Below are positions 46,995 to 56,975 of a DNA stretch of 64,000 bases, in pieces. Within the stretch, counting starts at the first letter, position 1; each line of letters begins with the position of its first letter. The notes beneath the pieces were generated by a model that saw nothing but the letters and a program-made list of their open reading frames with translations, searched no databases and had not been told where the DNA came from. Made by a program: the position numbers and the translations under genes. This DNA comes from Candidatus Binatia bacterium (GTDB lineage Bacteria; Desulfobacterota; Binatia; HRBIN30). The stretch is taken from contig JBBRSP010000004.1 of the NCBI GenBank assembly GCA_038245295.1, forward strand, positions 224,001-288,000, written 5' to 3'.

Positions 46995-49367
46995 CTAGTC
47001 GCAACTGCGCAGCGCGTTTCCTACGGCAAGCAAAATCTCCTCAATCGTGATCCCACCATCGCTGTTGCTGTCGCCAACGACGCAGGCATCCACGGTTGCG
47101 GTGCCGAGCGCGACGTTGACGAGGGTCAGAATCTCCTCGACGGTGACCTCGCCGTCGCCGCCGCAATCGCCGACACATGGTGGGATCAATGGCGTGGGCG
47201 ATGGGATCGCGGTGCTGGTTGCCGAAGCGACAGGCGTCGCTGTGGCTGAAGACGAAGCGCTGGGAGTCGCCGAAGCGGTCGGCGGGGTCGACCCGATCGG
47301 TGAGGCGGGCGGTGTCGCTGTTGCGAAATGGGTGGGTAGAGCTGTCTGGCTGGGGGTGGGATTCGGAGTCACGCTCGGGACGGCAACGCTCTGGGTGGGG
47401 CTCCCCGTAGGTGTTGGTGTTGGGCTCGGTGCCGGGCTCGGGGTGCATGCCCGCGGCTGGCTGGAACAACCGAGTACCGGGTCACAAACCTCACAGGGTG
47501 ACGTCGGATCGCAACGCTCTTTCGTGCAGAACTCGGAGCAGCCGTCGCAGTTGAGAGTATTGCCGTCGTCGCATTCTTCGTCCCCCTCTTTCATCCCATT
47601 GCCGCATGAGGAGCACGGGTTCGCGCAGTCCTGGCCGGGCCCCGGCTTACATCCCTCACTGAGCTCAAGCGACGGTTCGGGTAGCACGGCACCGGCGCGG
47701 ATCGAGCTTCCGGGGTCCTTCGGCATGGCGATCATGACGAAACCGCCGAAGGTTTCCGAGCCGCGGCCGAGAGCGTTGACGACGCCGTCGATGGTGATGA
47801 GATGGTTCACCGTGATGTTGATCGTGCCACCCTCGCCGGAGGCGCGCGCGTAGACTTCACCACTGCGCGGCACATTCAAAGAACAGCTGGTCAAGAAGAT
47901 GTCTCCGCCGCGGCTGGAATAACCATAGTAGCCTTGGACGATGGGCCCGCCGCCGACGTTGAGCGTGCCGGAAATGAGCAGCGACGTGCCGGCCAGGGCG
48001 TCGATCTCACCGCCGGTGCTGGCCGCTGCGATGCCACGGGCGCCGACCAGGCCGGTGATCGACATGTCGGTGCCGGCGGTAAGGTTGACCGTGCCGCCGA
48101 AGTCGCGTCCGTTGGCGACGATGCTCCCGTCGATCACGACTCGGTGGCCGGCATTGATGTCCACATCGCCGGTCGGCTTGAGCGACTCGCTGACGATGAG
48201 CGAGGCACGCTGGGTGATGGTGATGTCGCCGAGAGCTCGCAGGTCGACGTTGCCGCCGTCGCCGTCCGCCCCGCTGCCTTCCAGCGAGACGTTGCCGTCG
48301 ATGATCACATTGCCGAGGGTAGCTTCCAGATCGAGAAGTCCCCCTTCGCTATCGATGCCGTTGTTGCTCTGCATCGACACGGGGCCCAGAACGAGGATCT
48401 CTTTTGTCGCGATCATCGTGACGTAGCCACCGTGAGAGTAACTGGAGTTGCCTTTCAGGGCGCGCGTGACGATGCGAGTGCCGGCCTCGAGCTCGATTGA
48501 TCCATCACCCTCGCCACTGACGTCGAGGATATCACCGAGGTCGATGGCACCGCCGGCTTCCATCGTAATGCGACCCGAGCGGCCCTCCGAACCTCCGACG
48601 GCGAGAATTTCGCTGCCGGCACGTGTGATGAGGTCGCCCGCGGCACGGATTGTAATGTCGCCGGCATCCGCGTCGACGGCGAGGTTGCTGGCGGTGAGGC
48701 GGCCGTTGATGGCGACGTTACCGCCCGAATCGATGGTGATGCTGCCAGCGCGATCGCTGCCGGAGACGTCGATGCGCGAGCGTGAGGAAGCCGACTTTTG
48801 CAGTGTGATATCGCCGGTGGTGCGGATCGTCAGATCGCCGCCGACCTTTTCCTCATTGCTGGCTCCGTCGCCGCGTCCGGCGATGTATGCCCCGGGTTGC
48901 ATCGCAAACGAGCCGGTCACGATGGTGAGTTCCCCAGAGCCGAAGGTGAGCCGCCCGGTGCCGCTGAGGGTGAGTGGGCGGTCGCCGAAATCGAGACTGC
49001 ACTGGGGTCCGAGCGTCAGCTGTTTGCTGATCGTACAGGCGCCGGAGCTCGGGCAAAGCGCGCCTTCGCGCGCGCTGACATCGCCGGCGCTGCAAACTGT
49101 CTGCGCCGTGGCGCCGGTGGTGATCGACAAGACGATCGCTACGACCGAAAGGCAGGCCTTACGACGTTCCCCTATGGCGCGCCCCTTCGCACAAACCGCC
49201 TGAGATCCGCAAATGGAATCGCACGTTGGTGCATAGCCCTGGGGTGTGGGGTTGGGTTGCGGGCGGAGCCAACGTCGTGTCCTTCGTGTCTCCCTCTTGG
49301 GGTTTTGCACGCCAATTCGAGAATGCCCTTCGAGACGACCGCTGAAAGGATGCGGCCTCCTGCCCAT
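46995..49367 (-). CDS. Large secreted protein: beta-helix-like body, Myxococcus Cys-rich repeat, Pro/Thr/Ser linker, C-terminal dockerin-like domain
   Basis: CGNGMKEGDEECDDGN..DGCS; GG.[IV].[LI].A repeats; C-terminal CVGDC...GD.N.DG.ITIEEI...C; true start unclear. Confidence 0.75.
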   Translation of the reverse strand: MGRRPHPFSGRLEGHSRIGVQNPKRETRRTRRWLRPQPNPTPQGYAPTCDSICGSQAVCAKGRAIGERRKACLSVVAIVLSITTGATAQTVCSAGDVSAREGALCPSSGACTISKQLTLGPQCSLDFGDRPLTLSGTGRLTFGSGELTIVTGSFAMQPGAYIAGRGDGASNEEKVGGDLTIRTTGDITLQKSASSRSRIDVSGSDRAGSITIDSGGNVAINGRLTASNLAVDADAGDITIRAAGDLITRAGSEILAVGGSEGRSGRITMEAGGAIDLGDILDVSGEGDGSIELEAGTRIVTRALKGNSSYSHGGYVTMIATKEILVLGPVSMQSNNGIDSEGGLLDLEATLGNVIIDGNVSLEGSGADGDGGNVDLRALGDITITQRASLIVSESLKPTGDVDINAGHRVVIDGSIVANGRDFGGTVNLTAGTDMSITGLVGARGIAAASTGGEIDALAGTSLLISGTLNVGGGPIVQGYYGYSSRGGDIFLTSCSLNVPRSGEVYARASGEGGTINITVNHLITIDGVVNALGRGSETFGGFVMIAMPKDPGSSIRAGAVLPEPSLELSEGCKPGPGQDCANPCSSCGNGMKEGDEECDDGNTLNCDGCSEFCTKERCDPTSPCEVCDPVLGCSSQPRACTPSPAPSPTPTPTGSPTQSVAVPSVTPNPTPSQTALPTHFATATPPASPIGSTPPTASATPSASSSATATPVASATSTAIPSPTPLIPPCVGDCGGDGEVTVEEILTLVNVALGTATVDACVVGDSNSDGGITIEEILLAVGNALRSCD

Positions 49368-49381
49368 GAACCCTGGTTAGT

Positions 49382-49800
49382 CGGTTCTCGTTCTGGATTC
49401 CGGGTTCTCGGTGCTCCATGCGTTCCGACTGCTCGCACGACTCACTGGCCCAACGCATCGAGAATGGAAAATCGAGAACCCAGAACGAGAACCGGCCATC
49501 CAAACTCGATGAGCATCCGCTCATGGACTCGCCAAGCCGGCGTTCGCCGGTCGGGCTCTCAGGGCGAACGGAAATTGAGCTTGGAACTCAACCATGTAAC
49601 CGTTCGGCCTGAGGAGCCGCCTCCTGAGGAGGCATCTTCTCCTCGTGCGGTCTCGAAGGATGTTTGGCGGCGTCTCGAAGGCCTCGCATCTGAATTGTCG
49701 TGCAAAGCCGGGATGAGGCAGAAGGCACGCGGCAGGAAGGGCGGCACCCTTCTGCCTGTTGCCTGTTGCCTCTTGCCCAGAGATCCCCGTCTTCGAGGTC
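49382..49800. repeat. Cluster of short-period inverted repeats in intergenic DNA
   Basis: GGTTCTCGTTCTGG/CCAGAACGAGAACC arms; CCTGAGGAG and TCTCGAAGG duplications; heptamer tract. Confidence 0.5.
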
Positions 49801-49848
49801 GCGTGACCAAATGTTCTGGCCCACCCGCGTCACGCAATTTGTCGGCAG

Positions 49849-50919
49849 TTAGCGGTCGGTGTCCGGCAAATGCTCCGCTCGTCGCCTTTCCACGCGGGCG
49901 CGCCACCGCAAGGCCGGCGTTTCGATGAGGTAGTACGACGCCAGCGCGCACCCTACGGCCAACCCCAGGTTCACCGGAAAATGACAGGCGAACGACGTGG
50001 ACGCTGGGTTCAAGAAAGGCTGTTGCCACAGATACAACGAGTAACTCAACGTTCCCACGAACACGACTGGGCGCGCGTTCAACAGCGGTGCTGGTCCCTG
50101 GCTTGGGAAGCGAACGACGCGTTCGATTAGGGTTAGGATGCCCACGTTGCTGATCGTTTGCCCAAGTAACGAGTCCACCTTCGCCGACGGAAAGAACGCC
50201 ATCGCCAACCCGAACGCCGGCGCCAGCCATACCCACGGGCCTTTCACGAAGGAGATCCAGCGGGGCGACAGGGTCCACGCCTCACGATGCCACGCCAGCA
50301 GACATCCGGTGGCAATCGCGTCGGCGACCGTCGGGAACGTTTCGCCGATTCCCGGACGAAAACTGGGCGCGGCCACCAACAGCCCGAGACGCAGCAACGG
50401 ACTTGCGACGACGGTTACCAGCGCGGCCTTCGCCGCCCCACGCGGGCCCAGAAACTTCACGAGGAACGGCCACAGCAAATAGAACTGCTCTTCCACGGCC
50501 ACCGACCAGGCATGGCCGAGATACCAAGACCGATCGTGGTGGTAGTTGGTCGTGTACGTGATGGCGGCCAAGATGTCGTAGCGGTTCAGCTTCACCCAAC
50601 CCAGCATCCCCGCGATCGCCATGATGCCCACGAACACATAGAACGCGGGAAAGATTCGCATCGTTCGTCGGAAGTAAAACCGGGTGAGCGAAATGGTGTT
50701 GGTTCGTTTTTCCTCGGCCAGCAGCAAGCTGGTGATCAAGAAGCCCGAGATCACGAAGAACACGCGGACGCCGAATCCAGCCAGCGGCCCGGTCAGACCC
50801 TGGGACATGTGCGGGAAGCCCGCGGTACCCGATAGGTGGGCGAACAGCACAAAGGCAATCGAGAGCGCTCGCAGACCATCCAACGAAGGGATGCGAGAGA
50901 AAGAGCCCGTGCGTCTCAT
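49849..50919 (-). CDS. Acyltransferase family 3 (OafA/YrhL-like)
   Basis: IPSLDGLRA, FFVISGFLIT, RRTMRIFP, WSVAVEEQFY, SYSLYLWQ. Confidence 0.93.
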   Translation of the reverse strand: MRRTGSFSRIPSLDGLRALSIAFVLFAHLSGTAGFPHMSQGLTGPLAGFGVRVFFVISGFLITSLLLAEEKRTNTISLTRFYFRRTMRIFPAFYVFVGIMAIAGMLGWVKLNRYDILAAITYTTNYHHDRSWYLGHAWSVAVEEQFYLLWPFLVKFLGPRGAAKAALVTVVASPLLRLGLLVAAPSFRPGIGETFPTVADAIATGCLLAWHREAWTLSPRWISFVKGPWVWLAPAFGLAMAFFPSAKVDSLLGQTISNVGILTLIERVVRFPSQGPAPLLNARPVVFVGTLSYSLYLWQQPFLNPASTSFACHFPVNLGLAVGCALASYYLIETPALRWRARVERRRAEHLPDTDR

Positions 50920-51093
50920 GCGGGGGGATTGCTAACACGCCTGTTGGCGCGAAACCGGCGAAATCTAAAACGAACGCGCCGCACTTTGTTTTATTCGAGG
51001 TCACGAAAGCAAACTTTGAAGGATTCTTGAAGAATTCCTACAGGTCACGAACGGTACCAGTGATCTATATGCCCCGGTGTGGAGGGCTCGCCT

Positions 51094-51963
51094 ATGAAGC
51101 GATTGGTACTGGTGGTTGGAATCATCCTTGGGACGTGCATCTCAGCGGCAGTGGTCAATGCCGAACCGGTTGCGTGTTTGGCGGGGGCTCCGGAAGCATC
51201 TGGGGATGCCGCCAACCTGGCGGCCGTGAGCTCCAGCATTACGACGCAGTGCCCCTGCGCCAGCTTTGACGGCACACAACACCGCGGACACCGCGCCTAC
51301 GTCTCCTGCGTCACGGGCGTGGTGCGCCAGGCACTCCGCGACAAGACGTTGCGTTCCCCGTGTCGGCGGGCGGCGATCTACGCCTCTGGCCAATCCACCT
51401 GCGGCTATCCTTCCAGTCAGGGTCGGCGGCCATGCATCCACACGAATTCCCGGGGCAAGATCAGCTGTCGCGTTCGGCCTGAGAAGTCCTGTCGCGGCGA
51501 CCGTAATGCTTTCTGCGGCGCCCGTAGCGCCTGTCTCAATGCCGCCGATACCGACCTCGATGGTCTTTTGACCCCCGCCGATAGCGGCGCCTGCAAGCCG
51601 CAGAACTGTGCGGCGCAGATGACGCAGTGGCAAGCTCGTAAGGTCAATTGGCAGGAAGACTGCTTTGATCAATGCACAAATCCGAGCACCATTGAGGAAT
51701 GCAGCATCGGATGCACCATCGGCGGCGTTACGCTGGATCCGATTTTCCAATCAGAAGATGCTGTTTGTAGGTCCAACCCCCTGACTACCTGTGAGGAGTT
51801 GCATACGGGGATGTTGGAGTGGTGCACCGCTCACCCAGAGCCGGCGCAGATATGTCTCGACGGCTGCACCGCCGACGCAATCTGTGAGACCCGGTGTTTG
51901 GAAGTCTACAACTGCGAGCGAGCCGCTCTCGAGTCGTACCAATACTGCGTGCGGACGTACTAA
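51094..51963 (+). CDS. Secreted Cys-rich hypothetical protein
   Basis: GGAGG upstream, signal peptide ending VNA, more than 20 Cys, DTDLDG motif. Confidence 0.75.
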   Translation: MKRLVLVVGIILGTCISAAVVNAEPVACLAGAPEASGDAANLAAVSSSITTQCPCASFDGTQHRGHRAYVSCVTGVVRQALRDKTLRSPCRRAAIYASGQSTCGYPSSQGRRPCIHTNSRGKISCRVRPEKSCRGDRNAFCGARSACLNAADTDLDGLLTPADSGACKPQNCAAQMTQWQARKVNWQEDCFDQCTNPSTIEECSIGCTIGGVTLDPIFQSEDAVCRSNPLTTCEELHTGMLEWCTAHPEPAQICLDGCTADAICETRCLEVYNCERAALESYQYCVRTY

Positions 51964-52038
51964 GCAGGGCGGCGTAGAACGAGTCGATTTGGGGACTAAA
52001 TTCGTATTACTTACGTTCGAATTCGTCGCAGGACGCGC

Positions 52039-52129
52039 AATTTAACAGGATGAGCAGGATACACAGGATGACCACGACAAGAACGTGTTCCCTGTTCCAT
52101 CCTGTTTATCCTGTCCATCCTGTTGAATT
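52039..52129. repeat. (ACAGGAT)-based hairpin
   Basis: AACAGGATGAGCAGGATACACAGGATG pairs with CATCCTGTTTATCCTGTCCATCCTGTT. Confidence 0.6.
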
Positions 52130-52258
52130 CGTTCTGCGGGGTGTGGGGTTGGGTTGCGGGCAAAGCCCGCGTTGTGTCCTTCGTGGTGCACCTGCCATCT
52201 GTCCCAAATCCTCATTGCGTTTTTGACCGCCGCCGCGCGCACTGGTAGGTTCGTGGCT

Positions 52259-52516
52259 ATGGAGATTGTGCTTACGGCAGAGCTCGAAGAGCTGGTCGAG
52301 GAAAAGCTTGCATCCGGGCAATACCCGACGCGCGCCGACGTGCTGCGTGCGGCGCTCCATCTTCTCGATGAGAGAGACCGCATATATCGCGCCCGTATCG
52401 ACGGCCTGCGAACCGAGATCGAGAAGGGTACCGCCAGCGGCGCCCCGATCCGGGCGGCAACGGTGCTTGCCGCCCTCCATGCTAAGGGCAAAGCCCGTGC
52501 GATCCCCGTGAAATGA
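52259..52516 (+). CDS. ParD-like RHH antitoxin
   Basis: LEELVEEKLASGQY...DVLRAALHLL...LRTEIEKG; ATGA overlap with the next gene. Confidence 0.85.
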   Translation: MEIVLTAELEELVEEKLASGQYPTRADVLRAALHLLDERDRIYRARIDGLRTEIEKGTASGAPIRAATVLAALHAKGKARAIPVK

Positions 52517-52680
52517 ATCGCCTGCAGTTCCGTCCGGCCGCCACTGATGACCTCGAAGCCATCTGGGATTACGTCGCCGAGCGCGACGCCGCGGCTGCCG
52601 AGCACCTCATCTCCTCGATTTGGGAGACCTGCACGCTGCTCGCCCGCTCTCCGTTGATCGGACGCGACCGACTAGGGTAA
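52513..52680 (+). pseudogene. Truncated ParE-family toxin
   Basis: MNRLQFRPAATDDLEAIWDYVAERD...PLIGRDRLG* (55 aa), lacking the C-terminal half. Confidence 0.75.
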
Positions 52681-52766
52681 AGGGTCCTGCCCCCATTTTC
52701 GCTGGTCCGATGCTTGGTCGGCGACACCACTCCCTCGGCCTGAGCCTACAGCCCTGCCCGCGACCG

Positions 52767-53987
52767 CTATTCCGACGCCAACTGGATGCAGACCGCGACA
52801 ACCTCCATCGCCTGGCGGACCTGGTCGATCGGCGGACGCGTCGGCGACAGGCGAATGTTGCGGTCCTTCGGATCCTTGCCGAATGGATAGGTCGCGCCCG
52901 CCGGGGTCAGCGCAACGCCGGCTTCCTTGGCGAGTTGGACGACTTTGCTGGCGATGGGCTTGGCCGTGTCTAGGCTGACGAAGTAGCCACCCTTCGGTTT
53001 CGTCCAGCTGGCCAGTCCCTTGCCGGCTAGTTCTCGCGACAGGACTTCTTCCACCGCCGCAAACTTCGGGGCCAGGAGTTTGGCGTGGGCCTTCATCAGG
53101 CCGGTGATGCCGCCAGGATAACGCGACAGGAAAAGTACGTGGCGGTACTGCTCGACCTTGTTGGGTGTGATCATTTGCGTGCCCATCCGCTCGCTGATCC
53201 AGGCGATGGTTTCCTTGCTGCCGCCAAGGAAGCTGATGCCGGCGCCGGCGAAGGTCATCTTGGACGTCGACCCGAACAGGATGACGCGTGTCGGATGTCC
53301 CGCCTTCTTGGCCGCGCCGAGCAGATCGGGATGCGCGGGCGGCGTGTCGTCGAGGTGGTGCACGGCGTACGCGTCGTCGGCGAAGATGGTGAAGTCAGGC
53401 GCGGCGGTCTTCATCGCACCCAGGCGGTCGGCCACCGACTGGGAGGTCGTCTCACCGGTCGGGTTGCTGTACGTCGGAACGTAGAGCAGCCCTTTGATAC
53501 TTGCGTCGCCGGCGACCAGCGTTTCGATGGCCGCGATGTCGGGGCCATCCGCCGTCATACCCACCGGGATCATGGTGATGCCGAGGCGTTCGAGCATGAG
53601 GAAGTGCCGGTCATAGCCAGGCACGGTGACGATGAACTTCACGTCGCCCTTGCACCACGGCGCCGCGCTTCCCGGCACGCCTTTGAGCATCGCCCACATC
53701 AGCACGGTGCCTTCCAGGGCGAGACTGGCGTTGTTGCCGACTATGATTTCGTCGGGCTGAATGCCAAGCATCGGCGCGAACAATTCACGCGCTTCCTTGA
53801 GGCCCGTAATGCCGCCGGGATAGTTTCTGAGCGCCACACCGCTGGTTGTGACCAGCGACTTGTCGTCGACAATGGTCAGCATCGGGTTGGATAGGTCGAA
53901 GTTGTCGTCGCCGGGCTGACCGCGAGTCAGATCCAGTTTCAAGCCCAGGCCGCACAGGGCATCGTAGCGTTCGCGTGAGGTGCTCAT
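52767..53987 (-). CDS. PLP aminotransferase class I/II (Rv3722c-like aspartate aminotransferase)
   Basis: LDLTRGQP, PGYDRHF, YSNPTG, DDAY, STSKMT, GGYF, NIRLSP. Confidence 0.88.
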   Translation of the reverse strand: MSTSRERYDALCGLGLKLDLTRGQPGDDNFDLSNPMLTIVDDKSLVTTSGVALRNYPGGITGLKEARELFAPMLGIQPDEIIVGNNASLALEGTVLMWAMLKGVPGSAAPWCKGDVKFIVTVPGYDRHFLMLERLGITMIPVGMTADGPDIAAIETLVAGDASIKGLLYVPTYSNPTGETTSQSVADRLGAMKTAAPDFTIFADDAYAVHHLDDTPPAHPDLLGAAKKAGHPTRVILFGSTSKMTFAGAGISFLGGSKETIAWISERMGTQMITPNKVEQYRHVLFLSRYPGGITGLMKAHAKLLAPKFAAVEEVLSRELAGKGLASWTKPKGGYFVSLDTAKPIASKVVQLAKEAGVALTPAGATYPFGKDPKDRNIRLSPTRPPIDQVRQAMEVVAVCIQLASE

Positions 53988-54040
53988 GGCTTCCTTGATT
54001 CGCCATATCGCAGGGAAAAATCCAGGGGCCAGCCTACGCA

Positions 54041-54120
54041 CCGCAGGCTGAAGCCTGCGCCTACCACGCTGAAACACGCAGGCGGAGCGGAAACGGGTAG
54101 GCGCAGGCTTCAGCCTGCGG
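54041..54120. repeat. Inverted pair of GTAG-type REP hairpins
   Basis: CCGCAGGCTGAAGCCTGCGCCTAC ... GTAGGCGCAGGCTTCAGCCTGCGG. Confidence 0.85.
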
Positions 54121-54125
54121 CGTTC

Positions 54126-56744
54126 TCAGGCGGCGTCGCTAGCCGGCGTCGGAATTTCGAGAAAGCGCCGCAGAGCACCAGCAATCTCTTGTCTCGCGCC
54201 GTTGGCCGATAGGATCACGTCCACCGCGGGAATGGCCGTGTGGATCTGGCCGCGGCAGAACAGCTGGCGCACGTCGCACCCCGCCTTCTTCAGCGCCGCC
54301 GCATACGCCGCGCCTTCATCGCGTAGTGGGTCGAACTCACAGGTCACGACCAACGCCGGCGGAAGCTTGGACAAATCGGTGGCGCGCAGCGGCGAGGCCT
54401 TGGGCTGCTGGCGCTGCTGCGGGTCGGCATAGTGATTCCAGAACCACCGCATCAACGATGTGGTCAGCCCATAGCCGTCGCCGTTCTCGGCATAGGACGC
54501 ACGTTCGAAGTCGCAATCGGTCACCGGCGTTATCAACACTTGCCCGGCGATCACCGGCCCACCGGCGTCGCGCGCCATCTGGCAGACGACCGCGGCGATG
54601 TTGCCGCCTGCACTCCAACCGCACAGCGCCAGCGGCCCCGGCTGCCCGCCCAACTCTTCGGCATGCTCGGCGATCCAGCGCACCGCCGCGAATCCGTCGT
54701 CGATCGCGGCGGGGAAACGCGACTCGGGCGCGTGGCGGTAATTGACGGAAACCACCGTCGCCCCCGAATGGGCACACAGGTAGCGACAGAACGGATCGTC
54801 GGAATCGTGTCCGCCAAGCACCCAACCGCCACCGTGGAAGTACACGACAATCGGCGACCGCCCTGCCGCCGTCGGCCGGTAAACGCGATACGACAGTGAC
54901 CCGGCGGCACCAGGCAACATGCCGTCGGCGATCGCACCGACCTTCGGACCCGGCGGCTGCTGCGCCGCCATCGTCACCATGAGCCCACGCGCGTCCTCGA
55001 CCGACAACGTATCGAGCGCCGGCACCTTGAGCTCCTGCATCACCTCGAGCAGGATCTCCGCGTCGGGCTGCAAACGTCGAATCACTCCGTCGTGGCATTG
55101 CGCTCCGCCGGGACCGCTGAGGGCGAATCCGAGATAGTCGCGGCGCACCACTTCGTCACACGTCAGGCGATAACGATCGACGCCACCAATGTACGGCAGG
55201 AACACGCGCGCCTTGCCGGGAACATTGGCGCCCATGTACCAGGAGTTGGCGCGCGGGAATAAGGAGATCTCGCCAAAGTCGTTCACATGCTGCACCCAGG
55301 CCGCTTCGGCGCTCGACGTCGGCTCGATCGTTGTCCATCGATGCTCGCGCATGTGCGCCAGACAGGCGCCAATCCAATCGACGTGCTGCTCGATCGACAC
55401 CACCATGTTCGACAGGACCGAGGGGCTGCCGGGACCAGTGATGGTGAAGAAATTTGGAAAGTCGTGGATCATCAGGCCAAGATAGGTCTTCGGGCCGTCT
55501 TTCCATTTGGTGGCTAGCGACAAACCGTTGCGACCTTCGACATCGACGGCGACGATGGCGCCGGTCATCGCGTCGAACCCGGTGGCGAAGACGATCACGT
55601 CGAACTCGAACGAACGCGACGCGGTCTCGACGCCCGTCTCGGTGATCGTGCGGATCGGGTCTTGGCGCAGATCGATGAGATGAACGTTCGGCAGGTTGAA
55701 CGTCTCGAAGTACTTCGTATCGATGCACGGCCGTTTGGTGCCGTAGTAATGGTTGGTCGGACACAACGTCTCGGCGGTTTGCGGGTCGCGCACGATCGAG
55801 CGGATCTTGCCGCGCAGGAACTCGCAGACGGTGTCGTTGGCTTCGGGGTTGGACAAGATGTCCGCATAGGCGTTGCCGAAGGCGAGAAGATCGCCCGACT
55901 CGTACGCCGCCTCGTACTTCGCGCGCCGCTCATCCTCCGGAACCTGCATCACGCGCAACATCGGAATCTCGCGCGGAACCCCGGCATTCGACATCCGGCC
56001 CGCTTGGCGGTAGGCGCGCGGATCGCTGTCGAACGCCGTCTTCTTCGCCGCCGATACCGGGCCGTTCTTGGCCGGCCGCGAGAAGTTGGGCGTGCGTTGG
56101 AACACCGTCAGCTCGGCGGCCTGCTGCGCGATGATCGGAATCGATTGAACGCCCGAGGAGCCGGTGCCGATGACGGCGACGCGTTTCCCGGAGAAATCGA
56201 CACCCTGATGCGGCCAGCGGCCGGTGTAGTACGAATCCCCCCGAAAGCGCTCGGCGCCGGGGATGTCCGGCGTTTTCGGCACCGACAGACAGCCGGTGGC
56301 CATGACGTAGTAGCGACAGCGCAGGTCATCGCCACGGCTCGTGTGCAGGCGCCAAAGCGCCGCGTCGTTGTCCCAGCGCGCCGACTCGACGCGTGTCGAG
56401 AAGCGGATGTCGCGCCGCAGATCGTGTTTGTCGGCGACGTGGCCGAGGTAGCGGAGAATTTCCGGTTGCGTCGCGTAGCGCTCCGACCACTGCCATTCTT
56501 TTTCCAGCTCCGCATCGAAGCTGTACGAGTAGTCGATACTCTCGATGTCGCAGCGAGCGCCGGGATAGCGGTTCCAGTACCAGGTGCCGCCGACGTCGTC
56601 GGCGCTCTCGAGCACCGTGGCCGTGAATCCCAGGGCGCGTAGGCGGTAGAGCATGTAAAGACCGGCGAAGCCGGCGCCGACTACGACGACGTCGAAGTCG
56701 GTGGCCTCATGCGAACTCTGTATCGATTCATCCGTTGCCGTCAT
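54126..56744 (-). CDS. Baeyer-Villiger monooxygenase fused to an HSL-family esterase
   Basis: [31 protein letters not shown]; then HGGGW, GWSAGG, DPLRDEG, GQIH. Confidence 0.9.
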   Translation of the reverse strand: MTATDESIQSSHEATDFDVVVVGAGFAGLYMLYRLRALGFTATVLESADDVGGTWYWNRYPGARCDIESIDYSYSFDAELEKEWQWSERYATQPEILRYLGHVADKHDLRRDIRFSTRVESARWDNDAALWRLHTSRGDDLRCRYYVMATGCLSVPKTPDIPGAERFRGDSYYTGRWPHQGVDFSGKRVAVIGTGSSGVQSIPIIAQQAAELTVFQRTPNFSRPAKNGPVSAAKKTAFDSDPRAYRQAGRMSNAGVPREIPMLRVMQVPEDERRAKYEAAYESGDLLAFGNAYADILSNPEANDTVCEFLRGKIRSIVRDPQTAETLCPTNHYYGTKRPCIDTKYFETFNLPNVHLIDLRQDPIRTITETGVETASRSFEFDVIVFATGFDAMTGAIVAVDVEGRNGLSLATKWKDGPKTYLGLMIHDFPNFFTITGPGSPSVLSNMVVSIEQHVDWIGACLAHMREHRWTTIEPTSSAEAAWVQHVNDFGEISLFPRANSWYMGANVPGKARVFLPYIGGVDRYRLTCDEVVRRDYLGFALSGPGGAQCHDGVIRRLQPDAEILLEVMQELKVPALDTLSVEDARGLMVTMAAQQPPGPKVGAIADGMLPGAAGSLSYRVYRPTAAGRSPIVVYFHGGGWVLGGHDSDDPFCRYLCAHSGATVVSVNYRHAPESRFPAAIDDGFAAVRWIAEHAEELGGQPGPLALCGWSAGGNIAAVVCQMARDAGGPVIAGQVLITPVTDCDFERASYAENGDGYGLTTSLMRWFWNHYADPQQRQQPKASPLRATDLSKLPPALVVTCEFDPLRDEGAAYAAALKKAGCDVRQLFCRGQIHTAIPAVDVILSANGARQEIAGALRRFLEIPTPASDAA

Positions 56745-56804
56745 GTCGATTCTCCGTGAGTTGCTGATTGTACTGTTCTGCTCATAAATCAACCTGGGCA
56801 GCGG

Positions 56805-56862
56805 CCGCAGGCTAAAGCCTGCGCCTACCGCTTCGAACCCGCGGGCTAAAGCCTGCGCCTAC
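56805..56862. repeat. Tandem pair of GTAG-type REP hairpins
   Basis: CCGC[A/G]GGCTAAAGCCTGCGCCTAC twice. Confidence 0.85.
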
Positions 56863-56975
56863 CGTCATTCAGGCGAACGCCGGAATCTCGCCGGCCTTCC
56901 CATTACCGGAACCGGCCGATTCTATCCGCAGGGATATTGAATTTGCTACCGCGATCATGGGACTACAGACGTCCG

